35,330 nucleotides of DNA from Gonapodya sp. JEL0774 (lineage: Eukaryota), in assembly GCA_027604505.1 (NCBI GenBank), contig JADIIX010000187.1:1-35330 (forward strand), given 5' to 3'. Both the position numbers and the translations under genes were made by a program. The notes below the pieces were generated by a model. That model did not search any database. It saw only the letters and a program-made list of their open reading frames with translations, and was not told the origin of the DNA. Shown here one piece after another: positions 22,297 through 33,443 of this stretch (positions are counted from its first letter, which is position 1; each line of letters opens with the position of its first letter).

Positions 22297-24188
22297 ATGG
22301 CCTCTGCCGGGGACGAAGTTTCCCAATTCGTTGCTATCACGGGCACATCTGCGGAACAAGGTTTTTTGATCTCAATCAGTCAAGTGTCTTTTCAATTACG
22401 GTCACTAACGATATACCGGATGTTGCATTTGGTTTGTTATCTGACGAGACAGCGGAAAACCTACTCGCCGAGCACGACTGGGATTTACAAGATGCTCTGT
22501 CGGCATTCTATGAGAAAAGCGCTTCCTCCATGCCAGGCCCGACCTCTGGCTCTGTGTCTTCGCAAGCACCTTCGTCCACAACGGCGCCATCGTCCTCCGC
22601 TAGCGTGCCCACACGTGGAGCTTCTTCGTCGGCGAACGTGAGATCTTTTGCGGATTTCGTGAACTCAGGCAAGAAAGAAGGCGGGGGTGAAGTGGATGAG
22701 GATGGGCCTGACTACTTTGCAGGTGGAGAGAAGAGGTGAGTCTTATGACACCTTCATATGCAAATGGAAAGATGAAATCACACTAATGATAATATTTGTT
22801 AATCTCGCATGCAACGTTGCGGTTGGGGGCACAGCGGGATAGTCATGAAGGGGCAAAGCAAGAAAGACGGCAAAGCGAAGAATCTGGTCAAGGACATCAT
22901 GGATATGGCTGCTAAGTACGTCTCGCCCATGCTCGGTCAGCCTCTTTTCATTCCGCTCCTTTCTCGGCTTACTTGGCGAATTCCTTGTTCAGAGCGGGTC
23001 CCCCCCCAGGTGGCCATGGGCATGACCACGACCACGACGATGACGATGATGACGAAGAAGGTGCTTTTCGGGTGCAGGGACGAGGTACCGGGCCTAGGGT
23101 CCAGGCATTTGTTGGTTCAGGTTGGTGGAACGAGAACAAGCTGTCGACGATTGTCAGCACTCTAAGATGTCTCTTTTCCATTTCCTGCTGCTCTTACATT
23201 ATGAAATCGAACAGGGTATCGACTCGGAAGTGAAGACGAACCTCAGCCGCCAGCACAGCCATCAGCAAACCCCACACCAACACCTGCGCTACGAGCCCCG
23301 ACCCCAGCATCTCGTGAAACGGTAATCTCTGATATTGCGCATCATGAATCATTTGTTTGACTGTGGATAATAACTTTTTCCTCGCTCAGGTCAACCGCGT
23401 CCTGACATTCTGGCGAAATGGTTTCTCTGTTGAGGACGGCCCTTTACTCTCGTACGAGGACCCGCAAAACCAAGAACTCCTCGAGCACATCAAGAGCGGG
23501 TGCGGTGGCTGGGTGTGTTGAGGGCTTTATGTATATGCAGTGTCTGATCCCAAATCCCTCCAGCCGGGCACCTCCGAGCCTTCTCAACGTTTCAATCGGC
23601 CAACCTGTTGAAGTTCGTGTTCAGCACAAGCTCGAAGAGGACTACAAGGCACCACCAAAAGTTCTTAAGCCTTTCCAAGGAAGCGGTCGCACGTTGGGCT
23701 CCATTGTGCCCGAACCAGAGGCAACCTCATCGGGGTCGATGCCTGGAGCGTTTCCCAGCTCTTCGTCATCATCTCCTGTCCCTGTGAACCCGATCAGCGG
23801 GCCCCCGGTGCTAGCAGTGGATGAGTCACAACCTACTACTTCCGTCCAGATTAGGCTGGCAGACGGGACGAGGTGGGTAGTGTGGTCATAAATCCCCGAA
23901 GATATGTATTCAACACGTAACAATATTTTTCCGGGGATTCAGATTGGTCGCCAAATTCAACCACACACATACGATTGGTGACCTGCGGCGATTTGTACGA
24001 TCGTAAGTGCGAATGAGATTGGCATACACATTATTGATTGAACACCGCATGCCATTTGTAGCTCCCGCCCGGAGTCCCGCTCCTGGGCACTTCAGACCAC
24101 ATTTCCCGTCAAGGAACTGACAGAAGACACACTGACAATTAAGGCCGCAGGCCTGCTAAACGCAGTGGTGGTGCAAAAGTTTACGTGA
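22297..24188 (+). CDS. SHP1: Shp1/p47 (NSFL1C) Cdc48/p97 cofactor with UBA-like, SEP and UBX domains; about 9 exons
   Basis: VSQFVAITG..AENLLAEHDWDLQDALSAFY (UBA-like), YFAGGEKSG, LTFWRNGFSVEDGPL (SEP), PFQGSGRTLGS (SHP box) and [43 protein letters not shown] (UBX). Confidence 0.93.
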
Positions 24189-24407
24189 ATTCATGCCATT
24201 TGTTTCTCAATATCAAGCAGAGTGGTCAGCGGGTCCACAGATAAAATCGTCAGCAAGTGAATAAACAGATGATATATTCAGTTGCGCATCAAATCCGACG
24301 GAGCGCCACCATCATCAATATTTACTGGGTAAACAGATGGTGTTGCTCCGTAGTGCACATTTCACTCTGACCTGGGGCCCAATATGCAAGAATATAATGA
24401 ATGCATT

Positions 24408-27400
24408 CTAATTCTTTCGCATCTTCTTCCCGTCCGCCAAGATATCGTGCATTTCAAGACCCAAATCATCGCTCAAATCAGGAAACGATTTATGCGGATG
24501 TGGGGCGACTACAACGTCCTCCCCAAACTGTGCTGTTCCCACTGAGTCAAAACCAAATCCTGCATCCTCTCCATCCGTCCCCCCTAAAAATTCTCTGACG
24601 ATTCGCTCTCCCTCCTCGTCATTTTCTTCCCCGTTTATGGGTTTCTGCCTCGCGCGCTCGTTCCAATGCAAGGTGCGAGAGAGGCCCTCGAACCAATCTT
24701 CACTCTGATCAGTCGCGCAGATTGTTGGGCAAGGAAATCTGCCAGCTGTTACTGTGACGTAATCGCCTTGTGACATGGGATCCAGTGGACAAGTCATTCG
24801 ACGTGAAACAAAAGCGTGTGCAACTCTTCTGACTCACCCTGACGGAGCTCGATCCTATGTCGTCCATCAAATGAGCAAAACGCAGTAGTGCGTGCATCTC
24901 TTGGGAGGAGAATTTTTAGTTCCATCGAGTCAGGTAACATCATAGGACGGAAGGAGAGTGTGTCTGATGAGGAGGTCGGAGTGTGAGTTCCCGAAAAAAC
25001 GAAACTCGATAGATGCAGAACGCGAACGAACTGCCTCAACTCACGGGGACAAATGGGTGTCACAAGGAGGGCGGGAACTTCAGGGTGGACAACTGATCCT
25101 CCAGCCGACAACTGGCAATGCACAACCGTCACAAGTCAGCCTCAACGCCGTACACACATAAGCATCAATACGACTCCACCTCCCGGAATAACTTACGCTG
25201 TATGCTGTACTGCCCGTTGGGGTTGAAATGACCAACCCATCAGCCTGCACCACTGTCAGTAGTCGATCATCTCCGTAGAGTTCCAACTGACTCATGTATG
25301 GACTCGGTCCACGGTCCACAACAAGATCATTAAGGACTTGAAACGACTCAGTCGGGATTGGTCGGCGAAGAGTGCCGCCAGACGCCCCTCCCGAAGCTGA
25401 CGATGTTGACACCGGCCTGAGTCCATCTCCACGGGAGAAGTTGCCAGGGTTTACTTGGGTGGACGATGCAGCGTGCGGAAGGACCGCGGTAGCGGTGGAC
25501 GCCGATTGCGGGTTAATCGTGGGTCTGGCGGACCGTGGATCCCCGCGATGAGCGTCTCTCGTAGGCTGCGCGCGCCACACGGTGCACGTCACTCTCATAC
25601 GCAGATTCACACGCAATCCAGGTGCGAAAGCCTGCGGATGCTTCGAGACGGAAGCATTTGGATCGGGGCTCGCGACAATCTTGCGGAGAACCCGACGGAT
25701 GTCCTTGATGTTAAACACTGTCAAGAAACCCAAAGATCCCATGTGAAATGGAATGATGGGTGGAACCTGCGACCGCTGGAACAACCAGCTGGTATATAAG
25801 ACGGTGCCATCCCCTCCGAGTGTGATGATGAGGTCAATGTCGTCGGCGCTCGTGGCGCAAAACTCTGGATCCCAGAACCTTAGCTTTTCTCGAACAGGAG
25901 TGCAAGAGCCGGGAAGTGCGGGTTGGCGAGCGAGATCGGACGAGAGCGAGACTATGTGAGGATTTGTTGCAAGCTTGGAGTCCAAGTACCTGATAGTGGG
26001 AGAGTGGTGTGCGAAAGAACGAGTTCGAATAAAAGTCAAATCCGGCCGGCCTTCACACAGACAGTCACCGGACAACAACCACTCACACAGTATATCCTTC
26101 TCTCACATTCTCACACTTGCCACCTACCCTGGGGCTCGTCACGAGCCAAAACGCCAGGTGTTTCGTCAGGTAAATAAGCGTACTGTCCCAAGCCTTAGTG
26201 ACAATCATGATGGTGCTGGGATTCTCGAGGCGAACAAGTGCGCGACCTGGTTTGACGGACAAGGAATCAACCATTATCCCTTCAAGGAAGACTTGAAGGG
26301 ACACAAAAAAACAAGTCATCTTTCAACTGACCAATTTGCTTCGACACCTCCCTCACACCGACTGCAGTCTCCGCCAACTGCCTTGTCACCTGCGGTCGTT
26401 GACTCAAACTCGGGGTGGGCGACTTTGCGAACAAGCCATGGGCCCCCGACGCAGATGCAGCAGGTTTGGTGCCAACGCCTTGTCCGAAGCCGTACGGGTT
26501 CGGACTCGCAGAGTGAGAAGAGGAAGAAGAAGAGGAGGAGGCACCAGTGTACGATTCTGCAGAGTCTCGGCGAGGGAGTAAGGGCACAGGAACGGGAGCG
26601 GGGGCGGGGGACGAAGACTGCGACGGGTTGCGGGGCGAGGGTGGGGGACTTGGACCGGTTGACCACGTATCGGGGTCGGGGGATGGCGGGTTTGCAGTGG
26701 CTGGTGGCAAGGTGGTAGAGGCCGTGGAGGGCGGGTTGGCAAGAGGGGATATTCCGTTTTGGTGGGAGGTTGCGACATGAGGGAGAGAGAAAGATTTTCG
26801 AGCACGTGGTGTGAGAGGAGAATTGTCAAGTGGAGACCCAGGGACGGGGGCAGAAAGCGAAGCGGCTGTTGGGTGAGGGTAGGCGACGTGGTTGGTATCT
26901 ATGGTAGGCTGGATAAGGGTATTTTTGGCAGAAGACGATGTCAGAGAGCGGGAGAGTGGGCCTCTACGTGGCTCCATGCCGTTAATTACAGTTGCAGGAG
27001 AACCGGTCGCTGTGCATTTCCCGGTGGGTCCCGGTTCCGTTCCCTGCTCAGGGCGGTTCAGAGGAGGTGTGGCTGCAAGAAGGTTGAGCTGCAATGGTGA
27101 CCGAGGTTCTGAGAACGCGGATTCCGCCGACGGCGAGAACGGCTCCTCGTCGGAGCTCGAATCGAGCTCGTTGTGTGATCCAACGTCAAACTCGGGCAGG
27201 TTGGCCACGCCATTGACATTGCTGTCCGAGTATGCGGAGGGACCAAGGTGTGGAGATATAGTGGCCCAGGAGGAGGCGAGACGGGATGCGGCTGCAAAGG
27301 CGTCGGACGGGTCCTGCGACTCTGTACGGTGGTGTTTGGGTGCCGAGGTAGCTTCAGGTAGGTGGTCGTCATGAGTGATGGCGCCGCTGGCCGTCGAGTT

Positions 27401-28099
27401 GTTTGGGTTTAGTTCTGGTGACCAATTTATGTTTGGATGTGTTTGATAGAGTGGGGAGTGTTCAGTCTCGTGCTTCCAGCGCTCAGCGTTGCCGTCGTGC
27501 ACGAAGCACGAGTCCAGAGAGAGCTGGGATTTGGAGTCGCCATTTGGTTTCCACGTGTCCCTCAGATGCGAAGGGTGATGTGGCGCCGAGTTGTATTCCA
27601 CGGCGGATGAGTTCGCGAAGCCGTGATGCAGTTTGGCGAGGTCGGGTGTGCTCCCACGTGCCACCTGGAGCGGACCCAATCCAGCCCTGGAGTGCTTCGC
27701 CCGTTGCTGAGCTTCCATGAGCTGGTACCGAGCGGATATATGAGGATGTTGGGTGGCCGAAAAGTGCTGAGCGACTGACAGCAGTCGGGTCGGAGCGTCG
27801 GATGCTGGTCGAAGGTGCGCTTGGGATGACGACTGTGGCGCGTGAGGATGAGGGACAAAGGCAGACGACGAAGAGACAGATGCTGGCAGTTGCGGCCGGT
27901 ACGGGAGAAATGGCGCTGACGATGCCGGTGTCAAGGGCCCCGTCCAACGTGAAGGTGACCGTGAGCTGGTGTCTCTGTCACCTTCGTGGTCTTTGTCCGC
28001 GTCCGCGTCCGTTTCCCCCGGATTCGAGCTCACGTTGGTTGAGCTTTTGGCGTTTTGAGATTTTAACGACTGTCCGTTTAGTTTCTGGGGAACGTCCAT
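24408..28099 (-). CDS. UTR1: ATP-NAD(H) kinase (Utr1/Yef1-type) with a ~580-aa disordered N-terminal extension; about 6 exons
   Basis: RQLAETAVGVREVSKQIG, IMIVTK, IITLGGDGTVLY, PFHMGSLGFL, VLNDLVVDRGPSPY, VQADGLVISTPTGSTAYS, AGGSVVHP..TPICP, LSFRP, SFDGR and LHWNER are NAD kinase signatures. Confidence 0.95.
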
Positions 28100-28853
28100 T
28101 CGATCTGTGACCCAGATCGGAAGTCCGGGAAAGGGGAACCGTGGACAAATGTTATGCTCCCAGCCTCCTCTTTTTCCGCACTAACTTTACAGATACCTCA
28201 CAGAATTATATTTAATGTTTGTTAGCAAGTTTGTTGTTGGAAGGAACAAAGCTTGTCCGCCAACGATAACGGTGTCGTCGCGCAGGCACGTGGCTTCCCT
28301 GAACCGAACCAAGGAGAGCTTGTCTATTATTCGATGGTGCGAAGCATGAAAGACTGAAACCATCATGCATCGACCGGCCCAGTGCCCAGCCCTTTTGTGG
28401 ATCCATTGGCATTTTCGGAGGCAAGGGCCAATGAACGTGGCGGGAGCTCGTATGCCGGTGACACTTTCATTGATTCGGAAACCATAAATGTGATGCGTCA
28501 CTTGGACTGCCTCTGCTCTACATGCTCTCTATGTGGATCTCACGCATTGGTTCGGGTTTACCTCTCTCCCTCATTTTCCTCACAACTCCCTTCCCACGTT
28601 CCGCGACAGATGCTCGGCAGGCAACCGGAGGTGAACAAGAACGTTTCTCCACGTAGTTTCATGGAGATCTTAAAAATAGCAGAACGATGAACTGGTGATA
28701 CGTTGAGATCGGAAGCAGCGTCAAGGTCTTTGGCTCGCCCTTCATCCGGCAGTTTGGATTTTCGATACATTTTGCCACATGACGGTCCTGCTATGCCATT
28801 AATTCCTCTCCTCCTGTACGAAATTAATTCATTTTCCCGTTTCATTTAGTTTG

Positions 28854-28970
28854 GGCGGCGACCCTTTGTTGAATCACGTGGCTCTCTCCACGGTGATCTC
28901 TATCAAAGGGGGCCAACCACACAAAGGTGGGTGGCCGCCGTTCCGGCGTCAAAACGTTGCCCCCACAGAG
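28854..28970 (+). ncRNA. Candidate structured RNA (two hairpins; loosely H/ACA-like)
   Basis: Stems ccctttg/caaaggg, atcacgtgg/ccacggtgat and cgccg/cggcg; an ANANNA-type acacaa at 28919-28924 and ACA at 28965-28967. No homology evidence. Confidence 0.2.
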
Positions 28971-29040
28971 AGTGAGGTGAATGAAATTTCATCAGAGAGT
29001 TGAGAGGTGAATGAAATTTCCGGCATTTCATTTCATCCTC
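28967..29040. repeat. Short direct repeat plus hairpin in the NADK-MINDY intergenic region
   Basis: gaggtgaatgaaatttc occurs twice. It includes the palindrome atgaaatttcat, and the second copy can pair with downstream atttcatttcatcctc. Confidence 0.65.
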
Positions 29041-29444
29041 AAGCGCCCGTTTGCTTGAATTCCCCCGGTTCCTTGCAGAAACAAGCTTTTGACTCTCTCG
29101 GCACTGTAGATGAGGTGACGTTGTGCCGGGGAATTCCCACTCCACAAGGGAGAATATTCATTCTTTAATTGTGTATCTTCAATGAGCATAACGTTGGAAC
29201 GACCGTCCCAACTCGGAACGCCGCATGTCGGTCGGTCATGTGAAACCCGTCGCGAACGTACACCGACATCACCGCGATAACCATATATCTGGTGACAAAA
29301 CCAATTCAAAAATTTAAATTCGCCGGCCTACCACAACAAAACACGAGCACATTTCAAGCTTCATAGGTACACTACACGCCCACGCTCACCACGCTCGCCA
29401 CCGCCCACCGCCCACCACCCACAAAAAGCACCCAACTCACCCCT

Positions 29445-32400
29445 TTACAGAATCAAACAACCGTCGTCATCCTTATCCTTCCCGCCCCCGCCCCCGCCTA
29501 CTCTCGCCTGCGCCCCGCTCCCACTCGCCCCCCGAGCCCCAGCCCCAGCACTCGCGGTCCGTTTCGGCACCTGCCCCTGCCCCTGCCCCTGTCCCTGTCC
29601 CTGCCCCACGCTCACACCCCGCGCAGGGTTGGCCTGCGCATGAGCCCGCCCGTGTCCGTTCCCGTTCGATGCCGCCACCCGCCCCGCCCCCACCTGCCCC
29701 CGCCCCGCTCGGGCCTCCCTTTCCTGCGCTTCTTGTTCTTGTTGCTGTTGCTGCTGGTACAGCTCGCGGGCGCGGAGGAACTCTTGGTGGCGTTGGTTCT
29801 CGCGCTCTTGGAATTCCATGGCCAGGGCGAGACTTGCGGGGGCGGGGGGTCGCCACGGGACGGGTGGGGGGTTGCAGGGTTGGGGGTGGGGTGGGGAGGT
29901 GGGTGGAGAGCAGAGAGTTTGGTGTTTGGTGTGACAAGGGGAACCGCAACACATGGTGAGACGATGCAGACATCGAATGGGACGGAGAGGTCCGTCCGCC
30001 GGGACGCAAACGTGGGGTCTTTAGAGCGCACCGGCCCCGCACCGCCGTTCCCCAACCACAACCACAAACACCAACACTACCCTGACACAATCCGCACCAC
30101 CCAAACAACCAAACCAAACCACCAACCTCCTTCCTTCCCCTCCACCCTTCCCCCACCCCCAACTCACTCTCTATCCATCCTCTCGGCCCTCTCCTCCTCC
30201 GTCACGAACTCCTCCGGAATCTCCGGCCCCAGCTCCTCCGGAATGACCAGATCTCCCTCACCATCCCCCATCCCCATCCCCATCCCCATCCCCTGGCCAG
30301 ATCCCCCGTGCGCCTGCACCGGCCCTGCCCACACGGTCATGTTCCCCGTGAGAAACTGCGAGTCCCCATCGACGTTGGCCAGGGTCTCCCACACGCAGTC
30401 GGGTTGGGACGACAGCCCTTCGTCGGTGACCAGGGTGAAGAGGTGCCCGTCGGCGTCGCGGAAGAGGGTGGAGAAGTGCTGGGGGGGAAAGGAGCGGACG
30501 GGGAGCCCGCGGGAGGGCAAGGGCGGGGCGGGCCGGGGGGGTGTTGGGAGGGTGAGTGGGGGAGTGATCGAGGGTTTGGGGGTTTCGTGGGTGGGTGTGT
30601 GGGAGAGAGGCGAGAATAGGGAGGAGGTGGGCGATCATTGAGTGTGGCAATTGGCTGGAAAACCTGCAGACTCCCAACGAGACGACACCCATCCCATCCC
30701 ACCCGCCGCCTTATTATCCCCACCCCCCAACCCCGCCCCACAACCGCATCACACCTCCAACGCCCCCAACCACCCCACACCCCCACCCCCCTCTACCCCC
30801 CACCCATCACACCCACATTGTTCCTAAACAACACCGACAACGACCCAGGCCGCAACATCTCCGCCAACTGCTGTATCCCGTGGTACGTCAACTGGCTTGC
30901 CGAACTCTCCAACCAGGCGCGGGCCACGACCCCTTCGTGGGCCACCCGTTCCGCGTGCCGCATCTTCTCCTCCAGCTGCGCCACGGGCTCCGCCCCACCA
31001 TCCCCACCCGCCCCCGCCACCGCCGCGTCTCTCTCCGCAGCCAGCCGGGCCACCTCTGAGCCCGCGACGTCCCCCATGACGGCCCGCTCAGCCACCGCGT
31101 TGTACGACCCGCACGACTCCACGACGACCCTATACGTCTCGTGGTCCTGGGGGTCCACGCACCACCCGTGGCACAGGGGGACCGAGAAGATGTCGAAGGT
31201 GGACAGGGCCGGTGTGAACTCGAACGACCTGGGGTGGTCGTGCTTGACGTTCACGTCGAGGCCGCGGGTCAAAGTGGGGAGGACAGAGACGACGTCGGTG
31301 AAGGAGGTGGTCCATTGGAGTTTGCGGGCGTGGGCAGAGGCGTGGGCCGAGGTGGAGGGGGAGGTGGACGGGTGGGTCGGGGTGGGCGGGGGGTGGTCCG
31401 AGGTGGGAGAGGTGGCCTAGGGCGCGGTGCGGGGTGGGCGGGGGTGGGCGGGGGTGGGCGGGGTGTACGGTGAGGTTGTGGGAGGTGGGTGGGGGGGGGG
31501 GGTGTCAAGACAGAACACGACAGGATCTGGATGGCACATGATCATCACCATCACGTACAATCCATCCACCTCCTGTCCGTTCCGATTCCACGCCCTCCCC
31601 TCTGTCCTTTCCCCTCTGGCCTTGCCTTCTGTCCTTCCCCCCAACACCCCACCCTCCCCAATCCGGCTCCCCCCAACCCCACCCCCCTCCAACCCACCTC
31701 CGGCGCGGTCCTAACGATCAAATCGCCCAACAATTCGACGAGCTCCTCGTACGACACGAAGGACTTGTCGGGTGAGATGTGGATGGCGCCTTGCAGGAGG
31801 AGGGTGTTGCCTAGTGGGGGGGGGGGGGGGGGGGGGGGGCGCGGGGGGGGGGGGGGGGGGGGGGTGGGGGGGNNNNNNNNNNACGGGCGAGGTGGGAGGT
31901 TGGGTGGGAGGGAGGGTGTGGAATCGGAACGGACATGAGGTGGATCAGGACCGTACGTGACGTGACTGGTGACGATCATGTGCCATCCCATCCCAGATGT
32001 CCTGTCCTGTCCGTTTCGTAAAACAGGGTACAGTGGATACGGTGAACCCCACGCGCGTCGCGCGCGCGGGAAACGCACGCATGGTTCCCTCCCTCGTGGT
32101 CGTACGCGCGGAGTCACGTCGGTTAGGTTGACCCCGAGCGTCCCCACGTCCCACTCTGTCGCAAACCGGCACACGGCGCACGGCACAGATCGGCCCACCA
32201 ACCACCCAACCACCCAACCACCCAAACCAACCCCCCCCCCCCCCCTTTGACCACGCACACAAAGCCAGCAAAGCACAAGGGCCGTTGTCGTTCTGAGTTG
32301 CGATCGCGACCGGTCTGGAGGATGTTGAGGATTTTGAAAAGTGGGAGGAGGAGGGAGAAGCGTCGTCGAGGCCGACCGAGGTGTGGATGAGTTTGAGACG

Positions 32401-32634
32401 GTACAGGGTGTGGGAGGAGTGGGGAGAGGCGGGTTCTATTGGGGGTGGGTGTGGGGGTGTGGGTGCGGGTTCTGATGGGGGTGCGGGTGCGGGTGCGGGT
32501 GCGGAGTCGGTGTGGGATGGGGAAGGCGGGGAAGGGGAAGGTGGGGAAGGGGACGCAGGGGCGGAAGAGGCGTCTTGGGTCTGCTGCGGTGTGCTGGTGT
32601 CTGACTGCGATGGCGGTGGCTGCGGAGATGTCAT
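29445..32634 (-). CDS. MINDY-1/2 (FAM63/Miy1-like) deubiquitinase with MIU motif and C-terminal CaaX; exons 32634-32259, 31810-31698, 31416-30817, 30478-30168, 29832-29445
   Basis: Catalytic TQNDNGPCALLALCN, GLDVNV, LCHGWCVDPQD, SQLTYHG, VLFRNNHFSTL, LVTDEG and VWETL..VDGD motifs; MIU-like DRDLALAMEFQERE; ends DDDGCLIL*. Confidence 0.93.
31510..31599 (+). repeat. Left arm of an intronic inverted repeat (in MINDY intron 31417-31697)
   Basis: ggatggcacatgatc..tcacca..tcacgtac..atccacctcctgtccgttccgattccacgccctccc is the reverse complement of 31910-32011, apart from short indels. Confidence 0.9.
31873..31882. other. Assembly gap (10 N) next to a poly-G tract inside a MINDY intron
   Basis: Run of N in the sequence following long G homopolymers. 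Confidence 0.99.
31910..32011 (-). repeat. Right arm of the intronic inverted repeat (in MINDY intron 31811-32258)
   Basis: Its reverse complement reads ..ggatggcacatgatcgtcaccagtcacgtcacgtacggtcctgatccacctcatgtccgttccgattccacaccctccc, matching 31510-31599. Confidence 0.9.
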
Positions 32635-33443
32635 GGGGGGATTCGGGGGGGAATCGAGATGGGGGAAATGAATTCGATTGGATTTTCGGGTGCGGCTGAA
32701 TTTATAGAACTAGAATGGGCACACAGTTCTTTGAAATGGAAGCCCCACACACCCCCATAAGGCACGATGACCGCAGCACAGCATGGAGGGGGAACGCACG
32801 GGCCCTGGCGCGACCGGTACATACATAGAGCGGCAATTGCGGATGCGGACACAGTAGGCGTAAAGATCCCCCCCGATGCATCACCGAGTTCGTTGTGGCA
32901 CACGAAATGTGGTCCAGTTGTGAGGGTCCGTATTATCAAACTCGGAACGCTTGCATCTATTTATACCCGCGTCGCGGGGCCTTCAAAAGTGGGCATGGGC
33001 ATGAGCGCAGGGATAGGGATTTGAATGAAGTAGGTCGACTCAGAATAGGCATTTTGGCTTTTAAGAAGGGCGGGTGGGAGAAGAAGGAGAGAAGAGTGAT
33101 CGGGGGTGGTTTTTGATTCGGGCAGTGCTGTGGGTGTGGCACCATGTGTCCCAGCAGGTGGGACCTTCCGATCGAGTGACTTCGCCCATGGTGGGATCCC
33201 TTCACAAACACTGCACTCCACTCACACAAAGAACAGACACCCGCCCCATCCCCTCATCCCCTCTGCCTGTTCCCCTTTCCGCCCCTCTCCCCCCCTTCCC
33301 GCACTCCCCCTTCTCCCCCCTTCGCCCTCCCCCCCACCCCCCACTCGATGCCCACGGGCCCCCACTCTCTGCATCACCCTCACTCTGCTTTCCTCTCCTT
33401 TCTCTCTCTCCCCTCCTTCTCTTTCCCTTTCCTCTTAAACAAA

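Noticed and set aside
28100..28850. Short ORFs between NADK and MINDY as a hidden gene
   Set aside because: There are no recognisable motifs or consistent exon chain; an acceptor-like cacag just upstream of the NADK ATG suggests 5' UTR intron or promoter sequence.
32700..33200. tRNA or other Pol III gene in the MINDY/START spacer
   Set aside because: No cloverleaf or correctly spaced A/B boxes found by eye.
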